NCBI GenBank assembly: GCA_963779415.1 | Contig: CAVZYA010000002.1 | Coordinates: forward strand, 928,001 to 992,000 | Length of the DNA: 64,000 nucleotides | Direction of reading: 5' to 3' | Source: an uncultured Acidobacteriota bacterium | GTDB taxonomy: Bacteria; Acidobacteriota; Thermoanaerobaculia; UBA5066 | Shown: positions 29,234-38,500 of the stretch, piece after piece | Position numbering within the stretch: position 1 is the stretch's first letter | Layout of the letters: every line of letters starts with the position of its first letter | Translations under genes and position numbers: made by a program | The notes under the pieces: generated by a model | Databases searched by the model: none | What the model was told of the DNA's origin: nothing | The model's input: the letters and a program-made list of their open reading frames with translations, nothing else

Positions 29234-30538
29234 ATGTCGTCGTCCGCCACGCCGCTCCCGGAGACTCCCCGTGTCCGGCACGCGCTCCGGTCCCTGCGCC
29301 ACCGGAACTACCGGCTCTTCTTCGGGGGGCAGCTGATCTCCCTGATCGGGACCTGGATGCAGAACGTGGCCCAGTCGTGGCTCGTCTACCGCCTGACGGG
29401 CTCGGAGGCGCTCCTCGGGCTGGTCGGCTTCGCCGGTCTGATCCCGATCTTTCTTCTCGCGCCGTTCGGAGGCGCGATCGCGGACCGGGCCGACCGGCGC
29501 CGCGTCCTCATCGCGACGCAGACGGCGTCCCTCCTCGCGGCGCTCGTCCTCGCGCTCCTGACGCTTCTGGGGGCGGTCGCCGTCTGGCACGTCGTCTGCA
29601 CGGCCGTGGCGCTCGGGATCGTGAACGCCGTGGACATCCCGACGCGGCAGGCCTTCGTCCCGAGCCTCGTCGGCGAGGAGGACCTCGTCAACGCGATCGC
29701 GCTGAACTCGACGATGTTCAACGGGGCAAGGATCGTCGGACCGGCCGTGGCCGGGGTCGTCCTGGCGGCGGTGGGAGAGGGATGGTGCTTCGCCGCGAAC
29801 GCCGCGAGCTTCCTCGCGGTCATCGTGGGGCTCGTCCTGATCTCCGTCCCCGCCCACGCGCCGGAACGGCGGACCCTCTCCACGATGGCGCACATCGCGG
29901 AAGGCTTCCGGTACGCGTGGAGCAACGTTCCGATCCGGGTCCTTCTCCTCCTGCTCGGCGTCGTCAGCCTGACGGGGATGCCCTACACGATCCTGATGCC
30001 GGTCTTCGCGGACCGGATCCTCCACGGCGGGGCGCGCTCCCTCGGCGTCCTGATGGCCGCCTCCGGATGCGGCGCGCTCGGAGGGGCGCTCCTCCTCGCC
30101 TCGCGGCGGGAGATCCGCGGGCTCGGCCTCTGGATCGCGCTCGCCGCGGCCGGCTTCGGCGCCAGCCTCGTCCTCTTCTCCCTCTCGCGGACGCTCTGGC
30201 TCTCGGTCGGCCTCCTCGTCCCCGCCGGCTTCGCGATGATCGTGCAGATGGCCTCCTCGAACACGCTCGTCCAGTCCATGGTCCCGGACAAGCTGCGGGG
30301 CCGCGTGATGTCGGTCTACTCGATGATGTTTTTGGGGATGGCGCCGTTCGGATCCCTTCTGGCCGGAGTCCTCGCCGAGCGCGTCGGCGCCCCGACGACC
30401 GTCGCGGCGGGAGGAGCCGTCTGCATGGCGGCGGCGGCGCTCTTCGGGCGGCGCCTCCCCACCATCCGGGAGGAGGGACGGCGCCTCGTCGCGGCGAGCC
30501 GGAGGGAGCGCCCCTCGTCGCATAATTCCCCGTCATGA
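29234..30538 (+). CDS. MFS transporter
   Basis: About 12 TM segments; NYRLFFGGQLIS, GAIADRADRRR and LRGRVMS. Confidence 0.9.
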   Translation: MSSSATPLPETPRVRHALRSLRHRNYRLFFGGQLISLIGTWMQNVAQSWLVYRLTGSEALLGLVGFAGLIPIFLLAPFGGAIADRADRRRVLIATQTASLLAALVLALLTLLGAVAVWHVVCTAVALGIVNAVDIPTRQAFVPSLVGEEDLVNAIALNSTMFNGARIVGPAVAGVVLAAVGEGWCFAANAASFLAVIVGLVLISVPAHAPERRTLSTMAHIAEGFRYAWSNVPIRVLLLLLGVVSLTGMPYTILMPVFADRILHGGARSLGVLMAASGCGALGGALLLASRREIRGLGLWIALAAAGFGASLVLFSLSRTLWLSVGLLVPAGFAMIVQMASSNTLVQSMVPDKLRGRVMSVYSMMFLGMAPFGSLLAGVLAERVGAPTTVAAGGAVCMAAAALFGRRLPTIREEGRRLVAASRRERPSSHNSPS

Positions 30539-30960
30539 CGCGGGTCGACTGGCACCGGTACTTCATGAACATCGCCCGGGAGGTGGCGCAACGGGCCACC
30601 TGCCCGCGAAAGCACGTCGGGGCCGTTATCGTCCGCGACAAGCGGATCCTCTCGACCGGCTACAACGGATCGCTGCGTGGGCTGCCGCACTGCGACGAGG
30701 TCGGGTGCCTGATGGAGGACGGCCACTGCACGGCGACCGTCCACGCCGAGGCGAACGCCATTCTCCAGGCGGCGATGAACGGCGTCCGGATCGAGGGAGG
30801 CGAGATCTACACGACGGCCTCGCCCTGCTGGAACTGCTTCAAGCTGATCGCGAACGCGGGCCTCGTGGCGATCTACTTCGGCGAGTTCTACCGGGAGGAA
30901 CGGATCCACGACTACGCGGAGAAGGCGGGAATCGAACTCGTCGATCTCGGAAGGGTCTGA
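30535..30960 (+). CDS. dCMP deaminase / ComEB family
   Basis: TGYNG, HAEANA and PCWNC zinc motifs. Confidence 0.92.
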   Translation: MTRVDWHRYFMNIAREVAQRATCPRKHVGAVIVRDKRILSTGYNGSLRGLPHCDEVGCLMEDGHCTATVHAEANAILQAAMNGVRIEGGEIYTTASPCWNCFKLIANAGLVAIYFGEFYREERIHDYAEKAGIELVDLGRV

Positions 30961-30963
30961 GGG

Positions 30964-32844
30964 CTATTTCGTCGCGTCGGGGCGGGAGCCCAGCGTCACC
31001 TCGATCGGCTTTTCGACGACCTGGCCGTTTTCGGTCCGCTTCACGACGAAGAGGACCTTCTGCCCCGGCTTGAGCGCCTGCAGCGCATAGGTGTAGTCGT
31101 AGAGGTTCCGGATCTCCTTGTCGCCCACCTTGACGAGGAGGTCGCCTGTCTCGATTCCGGCTTTCTCGGCGGGTGAGCCCGCGGTCACGCCGGAGAACCT
31201 CACGCCGGCTTTCTCCTCGGAGAAGTCGGGAATCCCTCCGACCCAGACCCGGAGCCCGCGTCCGGACCGTGGAGGGGCCTCGTCCTTGACAGGGGTGAAG
31301 GCGATCTTTTCTGGCGCGTCGGCCATCCCCTCGATCACGGGGGCGACGAAGGAGACGACGCGGACGATCCCGCCGGCGTCGATCTTGTCGGCCGTGTCCC
31401 CAGGCTTGTGGTAGTCGGCGTGCGCGCCGGTGAAGAGGAAGAGGACCGGAATCTTCGCGGCGTAGAAGGGGCCGTGATCCGAGGGGCCGAAGCCTCCCGA
31501 CTGCAAGGAGAGCTTGAGCTTCGCCTCCTCGTTCGAACGGTCGACGAGGGGCTTCCATGCCGGGGAGGTCCCGAGCCCCTGAAGATCGAGCTTGTTGTCG
31601 CGGAGGCGCCCGACCATGTCGAGGTTGACCATCGCCACGAGGGAGCTCGCGGGAGCCGTCGGGTTCTTCGTGAAGTGGAGCGATCCGAGCGTTCCCTCCT
31701 CCTCCGCGCCGAACGAGACGAAGAGGATCGAGCGGGAGAGCCCGGCGCGCCGCGTGGAGAAGAGACGCGCCAGCTCGAGCATGGCGGCCGTCCCCGAGGC
31801 GTTGTCGTCGGCGCCGGGGTGGATGCGTGGCTCCCCGCTCCGGTCCAGGGAACTTCCGCCCCCCATCCCCAAATGGTCGTAATGCGCGCCGACGACGACG
31901 AACTCGTCCTTCTTCGGTCCGTTCGGATTCCGGAGCATGGCGACGACGTTCCGGGTGGTGACGCGGCGCGGTGAGACGTCCGCGACGAGCGAGACCTTCG
32001 AGTCGGCGAGGGGGAACGACGCCGGCTTCTTGGCCTCGTCGATCGCCTTCTGCGCCCCTTCCAGCGTCTTTCCCGACCCGGCGAAGAGGGCCTCGGAGAC
32101 GGGACGTTTCACGGAGACGGCGACGAGGCCGGCGTCCGCGAAGGCGGCGTCGGTCCGCATCGCGACGAGATCGTCGGCCACGTCCTTCGTGAGAGGCCCG
32201 GTCGCGACGAGGAGCGCCCTGGCCCCCTTCTCGCGCGCGAGGCTCGCCTTGAAACGAAGGGCGGCGAACGGAGTGAAAGGAGACTTCTCATCGTCGCCGT
32301 CGGGGGAGTAGCGGAGGACGAGGACGATCTTGTCCTTGACGTCGAGCCCGGCGTAGTCGTCGTACGAGAGTTCCGGCGCCGTGATGCCGTAGCCGGCGAA
32401 GACGACCTCCGCCGCCGCGCTGCCGGGGGCCGAGAAGGCGAGCGGCCGGAAGTCGGCGTCGAGGGCCCACTCCTTCCTCGCCGGTCCATCCCCGGTGACG
32501 AGCGAGTTCTTCGGCCCGAGGTCGACCCCGTCGATGAAGTCGAACTTCTGGAACCAGCCGCCGTCCGTCCCCGCGGGAGCGAGGCCGAGCGTCTTGAACC
32601 GTGCAGCGACCCAGTCGGCCGCGATGTCGGCTTCGGGGGTTCCGGCGCGGCGTCCCTTCAGTGCAGGCGAGGCGAGCCACGTGACGTCTGCCTTGATCCG
32701 GCCGGCAGAGGCGGCATCGGCGGCGGAGACGGCGGCCGGCGCGGCGGTCGCCGCCGGAGCCACGGCGGGCTGCGGCTGGGCCAGAGCGATGGCGGGGAAG
32801 GCGAGGGAGATCGCGAGAAGAGGGGCGAAGCGGTGCGTCTTCAT
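30964..32844 (-). CDS. M28 aminopeptidase with PA and PDZ domains
   Basis: Signal peptide; GAHYDHLG, GADDNASG, AEEEG, NLDMVG, SDH and DYH; C-terminal GSPAEKAG. Confidence 0.92.
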   Translation of the reverse strand: MKTHRFAPLLAISLAFPAIALAQPQPAVAPAATAAPAAVSAADAASAGRIKADVTWLASPALKGRRAGTPEADIAADWVAARFKTLGLAPAGTDGGWFQKFDFIDGVDLGPKNSLVTGDGPARKEWALDADFRPLAFSAPGSAAAEVVFAGYGITAPELSYDDYAGLDVKDKIVLVLRYSPDGDDEKSPFTPFAALRFKASLAREKGARALLVATGPLTKDVADDLVAMRTDAAFADAGLVAVSVKRPVSEALFAGSGKTLEGAQKAIDEAKKPASFPLADSKVSLVADVSPRRVTTRNVVAMLRNPNGPKKDEFVVVGAHYDHLGMGGGSSLDRSGEPRIHPGADDNASGTAAMLELARLFSTRRAGLSRSILFVSFGAEEEGTLGSLHFTKNPTAPASSLVAMVNLDMVGRLRDNKLDLQGLGTSPAWKPLVDRSNEEAKLKLSLQSGGFGPSDHGPFYAAKIPVLFLFTGAHADYHKPGDTADKIDAGGIVRVVSFVAPVIEGMADAPEKIAFTPVKDEAPPRSGRGLRVWVGGIPDFSEEKAGVRFSGVTAGSPAEKAGIETGDLLVKVGDKEIRNLYDYTYALQALKPGQKVLFVVKRTENGQVVEKPIEVTLGSRPDATK

Positions 32845-32898
32845 CGTCCCCCTTTTACACGACCGGCCGGAGTTGCGAAATGGGGCGCCCGCTCCTTC

Positions 32899-34773
32899 TC
32901 ACCACGTGACCCGGACGCCGAGAGCGACGGTCCGGCCGGGAAGCGGGACGCCCGGGGCTCCCTCGTAGAGCGTGTCCGTCAGGTTCCGCCCCTCGACGTA
33001 GATCTCGGCGATCTCGCCCTGCAGGAGGTCGCGGCCGAGCCGGACGTCCCAGAGCCAGACACCGGCCGCGTAAGAGGGGCGGGCGAAGTACGAAACGCGG
33101 GTGAGCGCGTCGATCGCGAGCGGGAGCGTGCCGCCGAGAATGAGGTCCCACTTCACGTGGAGCGGGTCGAGGACGTACTTCCCTTCCGTGGCGCCCCCGG
33201 CGGCCTCCGAGAGCGCCGAAAGATCCGTGAAGAGGTACGACGCCGCGAGCGACGCGCGCGAGAGGAGCACCCCTTTCCGGCCGTGCCACGCCGCCGTCGC
33301 CTCGACGCCGCTCGTGTCGGCCGTCCGGACGTTCTCCGCGACCCACGGGACGCCCGGAGAGGAGCGGACGAAATCGATCATGTTCGTCCCGTGGCGGTGG
33401 AAGCCGACGAGGTCGAGCGCCCATCCCCCCTCGGCCCAGCCGATCCCCGCCTCGACGTTCGTCGCGCTCTCCGTCGAGAGGGACGGATTGCCCTGGTTCT
33501 GCGGATCGCGGTAGTAAAGCTCCGTGTAGGTCGGGACCCGGAAGGCCGTCCCGGCGGAAGCGCGGAGGGTGAGACGGGGAAGGAGGGCGAAGTAGACACC
33601 GGCGTGCGGCGTAAAGCGGGACCCGAAGTCGCTGGTGTCGTCGCCGCGAAGCCCGATCCGGAATCCCCCCGCCGCGGGAGCGTCCCCGTCGAACGGGCGT
33701 CCCATCTCGAGAAAGACCGCCCCGTGCCGGCGGGAGTGCGATCCGAGAACCGTCGAATCGACGGAGTCTCCCCCCGCCTCGATGCCGGCGACGACTGTCC
33801 CTCCGAGAAACGCGTGCCGCGCCCAGAGCCGCCCCAGAACGAGGCTCGTGTCGGAGAGGTTCTCGTAGAGGGAGGGGCTCGACCGATCGAGGACGAAGTC
33901 GTCGTGGTGCCCACGCCACGAGACGGAAGGGGTCAGCGTCCATCCGCCGAGCGAGAGCGTCGCCGCCGCGGCGGCGGTACGGACCTCCGTCGTCTCCTGC
34001 TGGTTCGGCGGGGCCGTTCCGTAGAAGGAATACGCCCCGTACCCGCGGCGGGCGTAGCCGAATGAAGCCGAGAGCGGGCCGCTCCCCGTCTCCCAGCGGG
34101 CCGAGCCGCGGAGGACGTCCTCCGCCTGATCCGTGTCGTCGCGGAAGCCGGACGACTCCGACCGGAACCAGTCCGCGGCGAGGGCGACGGCGTCTCCGAT
34201 CTTCGAGGCGAGACGGAGCCCCCCCGCGGCCAGCGAGTCCGAGCCGACGGCGAGACGGCCGTCGAGCTGCGCGCGGGCGCGCCCCAGATTCCCTCCGCGG
34301 GTGACGATGTTCACGACGCCCCCGACGGCGTCGGCTCCCCAGACCGCCGACCCCGCGCTGTAGAGGATCTCGATCCGCTCGACGCCGTCGAGAGGAACGT
34401 CGAGGTCCGCCGCACCGTGGATCGACTGCGGGTCGTTCATCGGCTCGCCGTCCACGAGGATCAGCGTCCCGCTCGCGTCGGTGCCGCGAAGCCCGATGTC
34501 GGCCGGTGTGCCGCCGGCTCCGCGGCGGCGGACGTCGACGCCGGCCACCCACTGGAGAACGTCGGCGACGGAGCGGCCGGGAAAGTGCTCGATCTCGGCG
34601 CGCGAGACGACACGGACGGTGGCGGAGGGATCGGCGATCCCGAGCCGCGTCGCGACGGCCCGGATCCCGGCGTCGGGCTTCTTCGGCGGCTCGTCCTCCG
34701 GCGCGGGCTCCTGCCCCCGCGCCGCCCGAGCGACGGCCGCGAAAAGGAAGAGAAGAAGAGCCCTCCGCGGCAT
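32899..34773 (-). CDS. TonB-dependent outer-membrane receptor (BtuB-like)
   Basis: Signal peptide at ATG 34773; plug LILVDG..ERIEIL..GADAVGGVVNIVT; C-terminal aromatic residue (VTW). Confidence 0.88.
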   Translation of the reverse strand: MPRRALLLFLFAAVARAARGQEPAPEDEPPKKPDAGIRAVATRLGIADPSATVRVVSRAEIEHFPGRSVADVLQWVAGVDVRRRGAGGTPADIGLRGTDASGTLILVDGEPMNDPQSIHGAADLDVPLDGVERIEILYSAGSAVWGADAVGGVVNIVTRGGNLGRARAQLDGRLAVGSDSLAAGGLRLASKIGDAVALAADWFRSESSGFRDDTDQAEDVLRGSARWETGSGPLSASFGYARRGYGAYSFYGTAPPNQQETTEVRTAAAAATLSLGGWTLTPSVSWRGHHDDFVLDRSSPSLYENLSDTSLVLGRLWARHAFLGGTVVAGIEAGGDSVDSTVLGSHSRRHGAVFLEMGRPFDGDAPAAGGFRIGLRGDDTSDFGSRFTPHAGVYFALLPRLTLRASAGTAFRVPTYTELYYRDPQNQGNPSLSTESATNVEAGIGWAEGGWALDLVGFHRHGTNMIDFVRSSPGVPWVAENVRTADTSGVEATAAWHGRKGVLLSRASLAASYLFTDLSALSEAAGGATEGKYVLDPLHVKWDLILGGTLPLAIDALTRVSYFARPSYAAGVWLWDVRLGRDLLQGEIAEIYVEGRNLTDTLYEGAPGVPLPGRTVALGVRVTW

Positions 34774-34805
34774 CTGGGGCGAGGATAACGAATCGGCCGG
34801 GGCGC

Positions 34806-35564
34806 TCAGGCGGCGCGCCGGGAGCGGGTCTCGCGCTTGGGGCCGGAAATCGCCAACGTCAGGACGAAGCCCGCATCCTCGCGCCAGAAACCGGCGAGCG
34901 GGCGATCGCCCCCCGGAACTCCCGGGGAGACGAGCGCCTCGAACCCCTTCCAGCCTCCGCCGTCGGGACGGGGGAGGCCGGGGAGGCCGGTGGCTTCGCT
35001 CTCCGACAGAATGATTCCGACCGAGAGGGTGTCGACGGCGAGGCCGACGCGAAGCGCCTTCAGGACGGCTTCCTTCGCGCTCCAGACGGCCGTGGCGAAG
35101 ATGTCGCGATCGCCGCCCGGAGAGAGCGCCCCCCACGCGTCGATCTCGTGGGGCCTGAAGAAGTCGCGGACGAACCCGGCTTCGCGGGGGGCGATCCGCT
35201 CGAGGTCGGCGCCGGCGGAGAGTCCGTCTCCCGTTTCGGCCCACGCGGCCGAGAACGCCATCCCCTCGGAGTGACTGATCGACACGCCGACGGGAAGCTT
35301 TCCGCCATCGGCAAGGCGGACGACCGGCGCTCCCGAAACCTCGGCCACGATGTCGAAGGCGTCGAGGGGAAGCTCCATCCGGACGAGGTCGGAAAGGAGG
35401 CGCGCGACGAGCGTCTTCGCCGCCAGGCGCCCGAGAAGCCAGTCGGCTCGCCGTTTCGGGATCCGAAGGGCCGCGAGCCTCTGCCGCTCGGCGGGCCCGA
35501 GCCATCCGGGCGTCCCCGCGGGAGGGACGGGAAGGCTCGCAAGGAGCGACCAGTGAATCGTCAC
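34806..35564 (-). CDS. Sfp-type 4'-phosphopantetheinyl transferase
   Basis: [23 protein letters not shown] and [10 protein letters not shown]; GTG overlaps the PKS stop (GTGA). Confidence 0.9.
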   Translation of the reverse strand: MTIHWSLLASLPVPPAGTPGWLGPAERQRLAALRIPKRRADWLLGRLAAKTLVARLLSDLVRMELPLDAFDIVAEVSGAPVVRLADGGKLPVGVSISHSEGMAFSAAWAETGDGLSAGADLERIAPREAGFVRDFFRPHEIDAWGALSPGGDRDIFATAVWSAKEAVLKALRVGLAVDTLSVGIILSESEATGLPGLPRPDGGGWKGFEALVSPGVPGGDRPLAGFWREDAGFVLTLAISGPKRETRSRRAA

Positions 35565-38500
35565 AGGGTGACCGTCCCTTCGAGAGGTACGGTCCGGTAG
35601 CCCAGAAGCTCGACGAAGACGTTCCCGGCCTCGTCCACGACGCGCCCGTCGAACGACGCGCCGCCGTCGAGGGCCGTCACGACGGCCCAGAGCCGCTTCG
35701 ACTTCGCGTCTTCCTCGTCGCCGAAAACCCGGACGGACGCGAGGGCGGCGGGAAGAGCGAGGCGCTTCTTCGCTCCGACCTCCCAGATCCCGGCCGTCTG
35801 GAAGCAGAGCTCGATGAGCCGCGGCGCGACGAGCGCGGCGGCGTTCGGCGGCTCGGCGTTCGGCGGAAGGTCCTTCGCGAGGAGGCCCCACGCAGTTTCG
35901 CCGTCGACGAGGACCCCCTCGAGGACGCGATAGGCCGGACCGTGGAAGTAGACGCGGTAGACCGCCTCGCGGCCGATCGGGAGAGGGTTCTGTGTGGATG
36001 GAGGCTTCTTCGAGATCTTCGGCATCTGCCGGATCGCCTTCGTCATCAGGACCCGCGCGCGGAAGTGGAGACGGACGACGGGGGGAAGGTCCGGCTTCGG
36101 CTGCGTGACGGAGGAGAGCGTCGCCGTGACGAAGAGGTCGCTGCCGGCCCCGGCCGGGGCTGCCTTCGCCGCGAGATGGAGAGTCGACGGAAGCATCCGG
36201 AAGAACTTGAAGGGACGGACGAACTCTTCTTCCTCTACGGCCGCCACGCCGAAGCCCGGGCAGAGAACGCTCGCGATCTCGGCGAACGTCTCGGTCCCCA
36301 TGACGCCCGGAAGGAGCGGCGTTCCCTCCATCGAATGATCGAAGAGGAAAGGCTGCACCTTCGGGTCGAGGGGAGTCTCCGCGAGCAGGCCATCGTGAAG
36401 GCGCGCCGCGAGGAGGCGGCCGACGGTGACGAAGGGGCGGTCGCGCCGGGCGAGGCGGGCGTTCGCCTTCGCGGCGTCGAGGCCCCCCTCCGTATCCCAC
36501 TCGGCGCCGAGGACGCCGAGCCGACCGGCCACGACGATCTCGCCCGAGAAGGCCGAAGCGACGAGCTCCCGGCGGACCGTCGGGATTCCCGCCTCGGGCG
36601 GAAGCATGTCGATCCCGGCCGCCTCCATGATCTTCGGGATCGAGCCGCGCGTCGCCATCCCGATGCCGCCCCAGGCGGTCCAGTCGATCGCGATCGCGCG
36701 CGTCTCGGGGCGGTGCTTCCGGAGCCACGACGAGATCGAGCAGAGAAGCGCGTTGGCCGCGCTGTAGTCGGTCTGGCCGTCGTTCCCGAAGCGCCCCGCG
36801 ACCGAGCTGAAGACGACGGTCGCCCCGAGCGGCATCCCCTCGGCGGCGCGAAGGAGGGAGAAGAAGCCGTCGGCCTTGATGTCGAAGACGACGTCGAACT
36901 CCGTCGGCTCCTTGTCGGCGAGCTTGCGGGAGATCTCGACCCCTCCGGCGTGGACGAGGACGTCGATCCTCCCGTGCCGGGCGCGGATCTCGGAGACGAC
37001 GGCCTCGAGGGCGGCGCCGTCGAGGAGGTTCGCGCTTCGCCAGACGGCGGTCCCTCCGGAGTTCTCGACCGCCGAGATCGCACGAAGTGCGGCGTCCGAT
37101 CGCTCGATGCCGAGGATCGTCCGGTCGATGACGGCGGGCGTCGGCTTCTCGCCGCGCCGCTTCGCTTCTTCGATGAGCGCTCTCTTCAGGGCTTCCCGGT
37201 CGGTTCGGAAGAGGGCGATCTTCGGGTCGTCGCGTCGCGGCTCCGGAACGAGATCGAGAAGCCAGAACGTGCCGCCCGAGGCGGCGGCGAGGTCGGCCAC
37301 GATGGCGCTCGTGATCCCTCCGGCCGCGCCCGTAACGACGAAGACGGACTCCTTCCCGAGGGTGAGCCCGGGCGTCCCGTCGCGGGCGGGACGCTCCTCG
37401 AGGCTCACCGTCCAGCGAAGGCCATCCTTCCGTCCGGCCTCGACGACGCCGGGATCGGCGAGCGTCTCTTCGAGAAGCGCCTCGGTCACGTCCGCGGCAT
37501 TCGCTCTTTCTTCGACGTCGACGACTTTCACGAGCGCCCCGGGGCGCTCGCGCTTGTATGCCTTGGTGAAGCCGGCCACGGCGCCGCCGAGCGGGGCCGT
37601 GGCGCCCTCCGCCCCTTCCCCGAAAAGGCCCCCCATTCGCGTCGCGGAGACGAGGAAGGTACCGGGCGAGGCGACCGCGTCGTAGAGGACGCGCATCGCC
37701 GCGTGGAGGCTCTTCGTCCGGCGGCGGTTCGCGTCGCGGAAGGCGGCGAGATCGAGGGTGAGGAGCGAAGGCTCGACATCGAGGGCGGGGAGCCAGTAGA
37801 CGCCGTGGACCGGCCCTTCGGTGAGCCATCTCCGAAGCCGGGCCTCGAGGGCGGCGGCCGGACCGTCCGCGAGGACGAGGACGGCGACGCCCCTCTTCTC
37901 GAGCCGCGTCTTCAGCTCTTCCGCGACCCCCCCTTCGTCGGGGGCGACGACGACGCGGCTTCCCGCTCCGAGCGCCACGCCGGTCGACTTCATCAGGTCG
38001 ATCGGGGGCCGGAGCGACGGGACGGCCACGCGCCTCGGGACGCGGTCGGCGTCTTCGAGCGTGGCCGGTAAGGCTTTCGCAGGTGCGATCAGCACCTTTT
38101 CTTCGAGGGGGAGAGGGGGAGGCGCAGAAGCAGAGCCGGTTGGCGGCAGCGCACCGGCGATGATCTCTGCCTTTTCGCTTTCGACGCTCGCACGCGCCGA
38201 AGGCGCGGGCGCGAGTTCCGGCCGGTGGGTATAGACGAACTGGACGACATGGCGGAGCGTGGGGAAGTCGCGGAGCTTGAGGCTCTCCTGTCTCGGGATG
38301 TTCCAGGTCTCGCGCACGGCGGCGAAGGTCTCGGCCTGCTTGACCGTGTCGACGCCGAGGTCGGCCTCGAGGTCGAGGTCCAGCTCGAGCATCTCGGGGG
38401 GTAGCCGGTCTTCTCGGCCACGATGGCGAGGACCTTCGTCACCACATCGTCTGATGCCGGTAAGGCAGCCGCGGGGGCAAGGAGCACCTTTTCTTCGAGG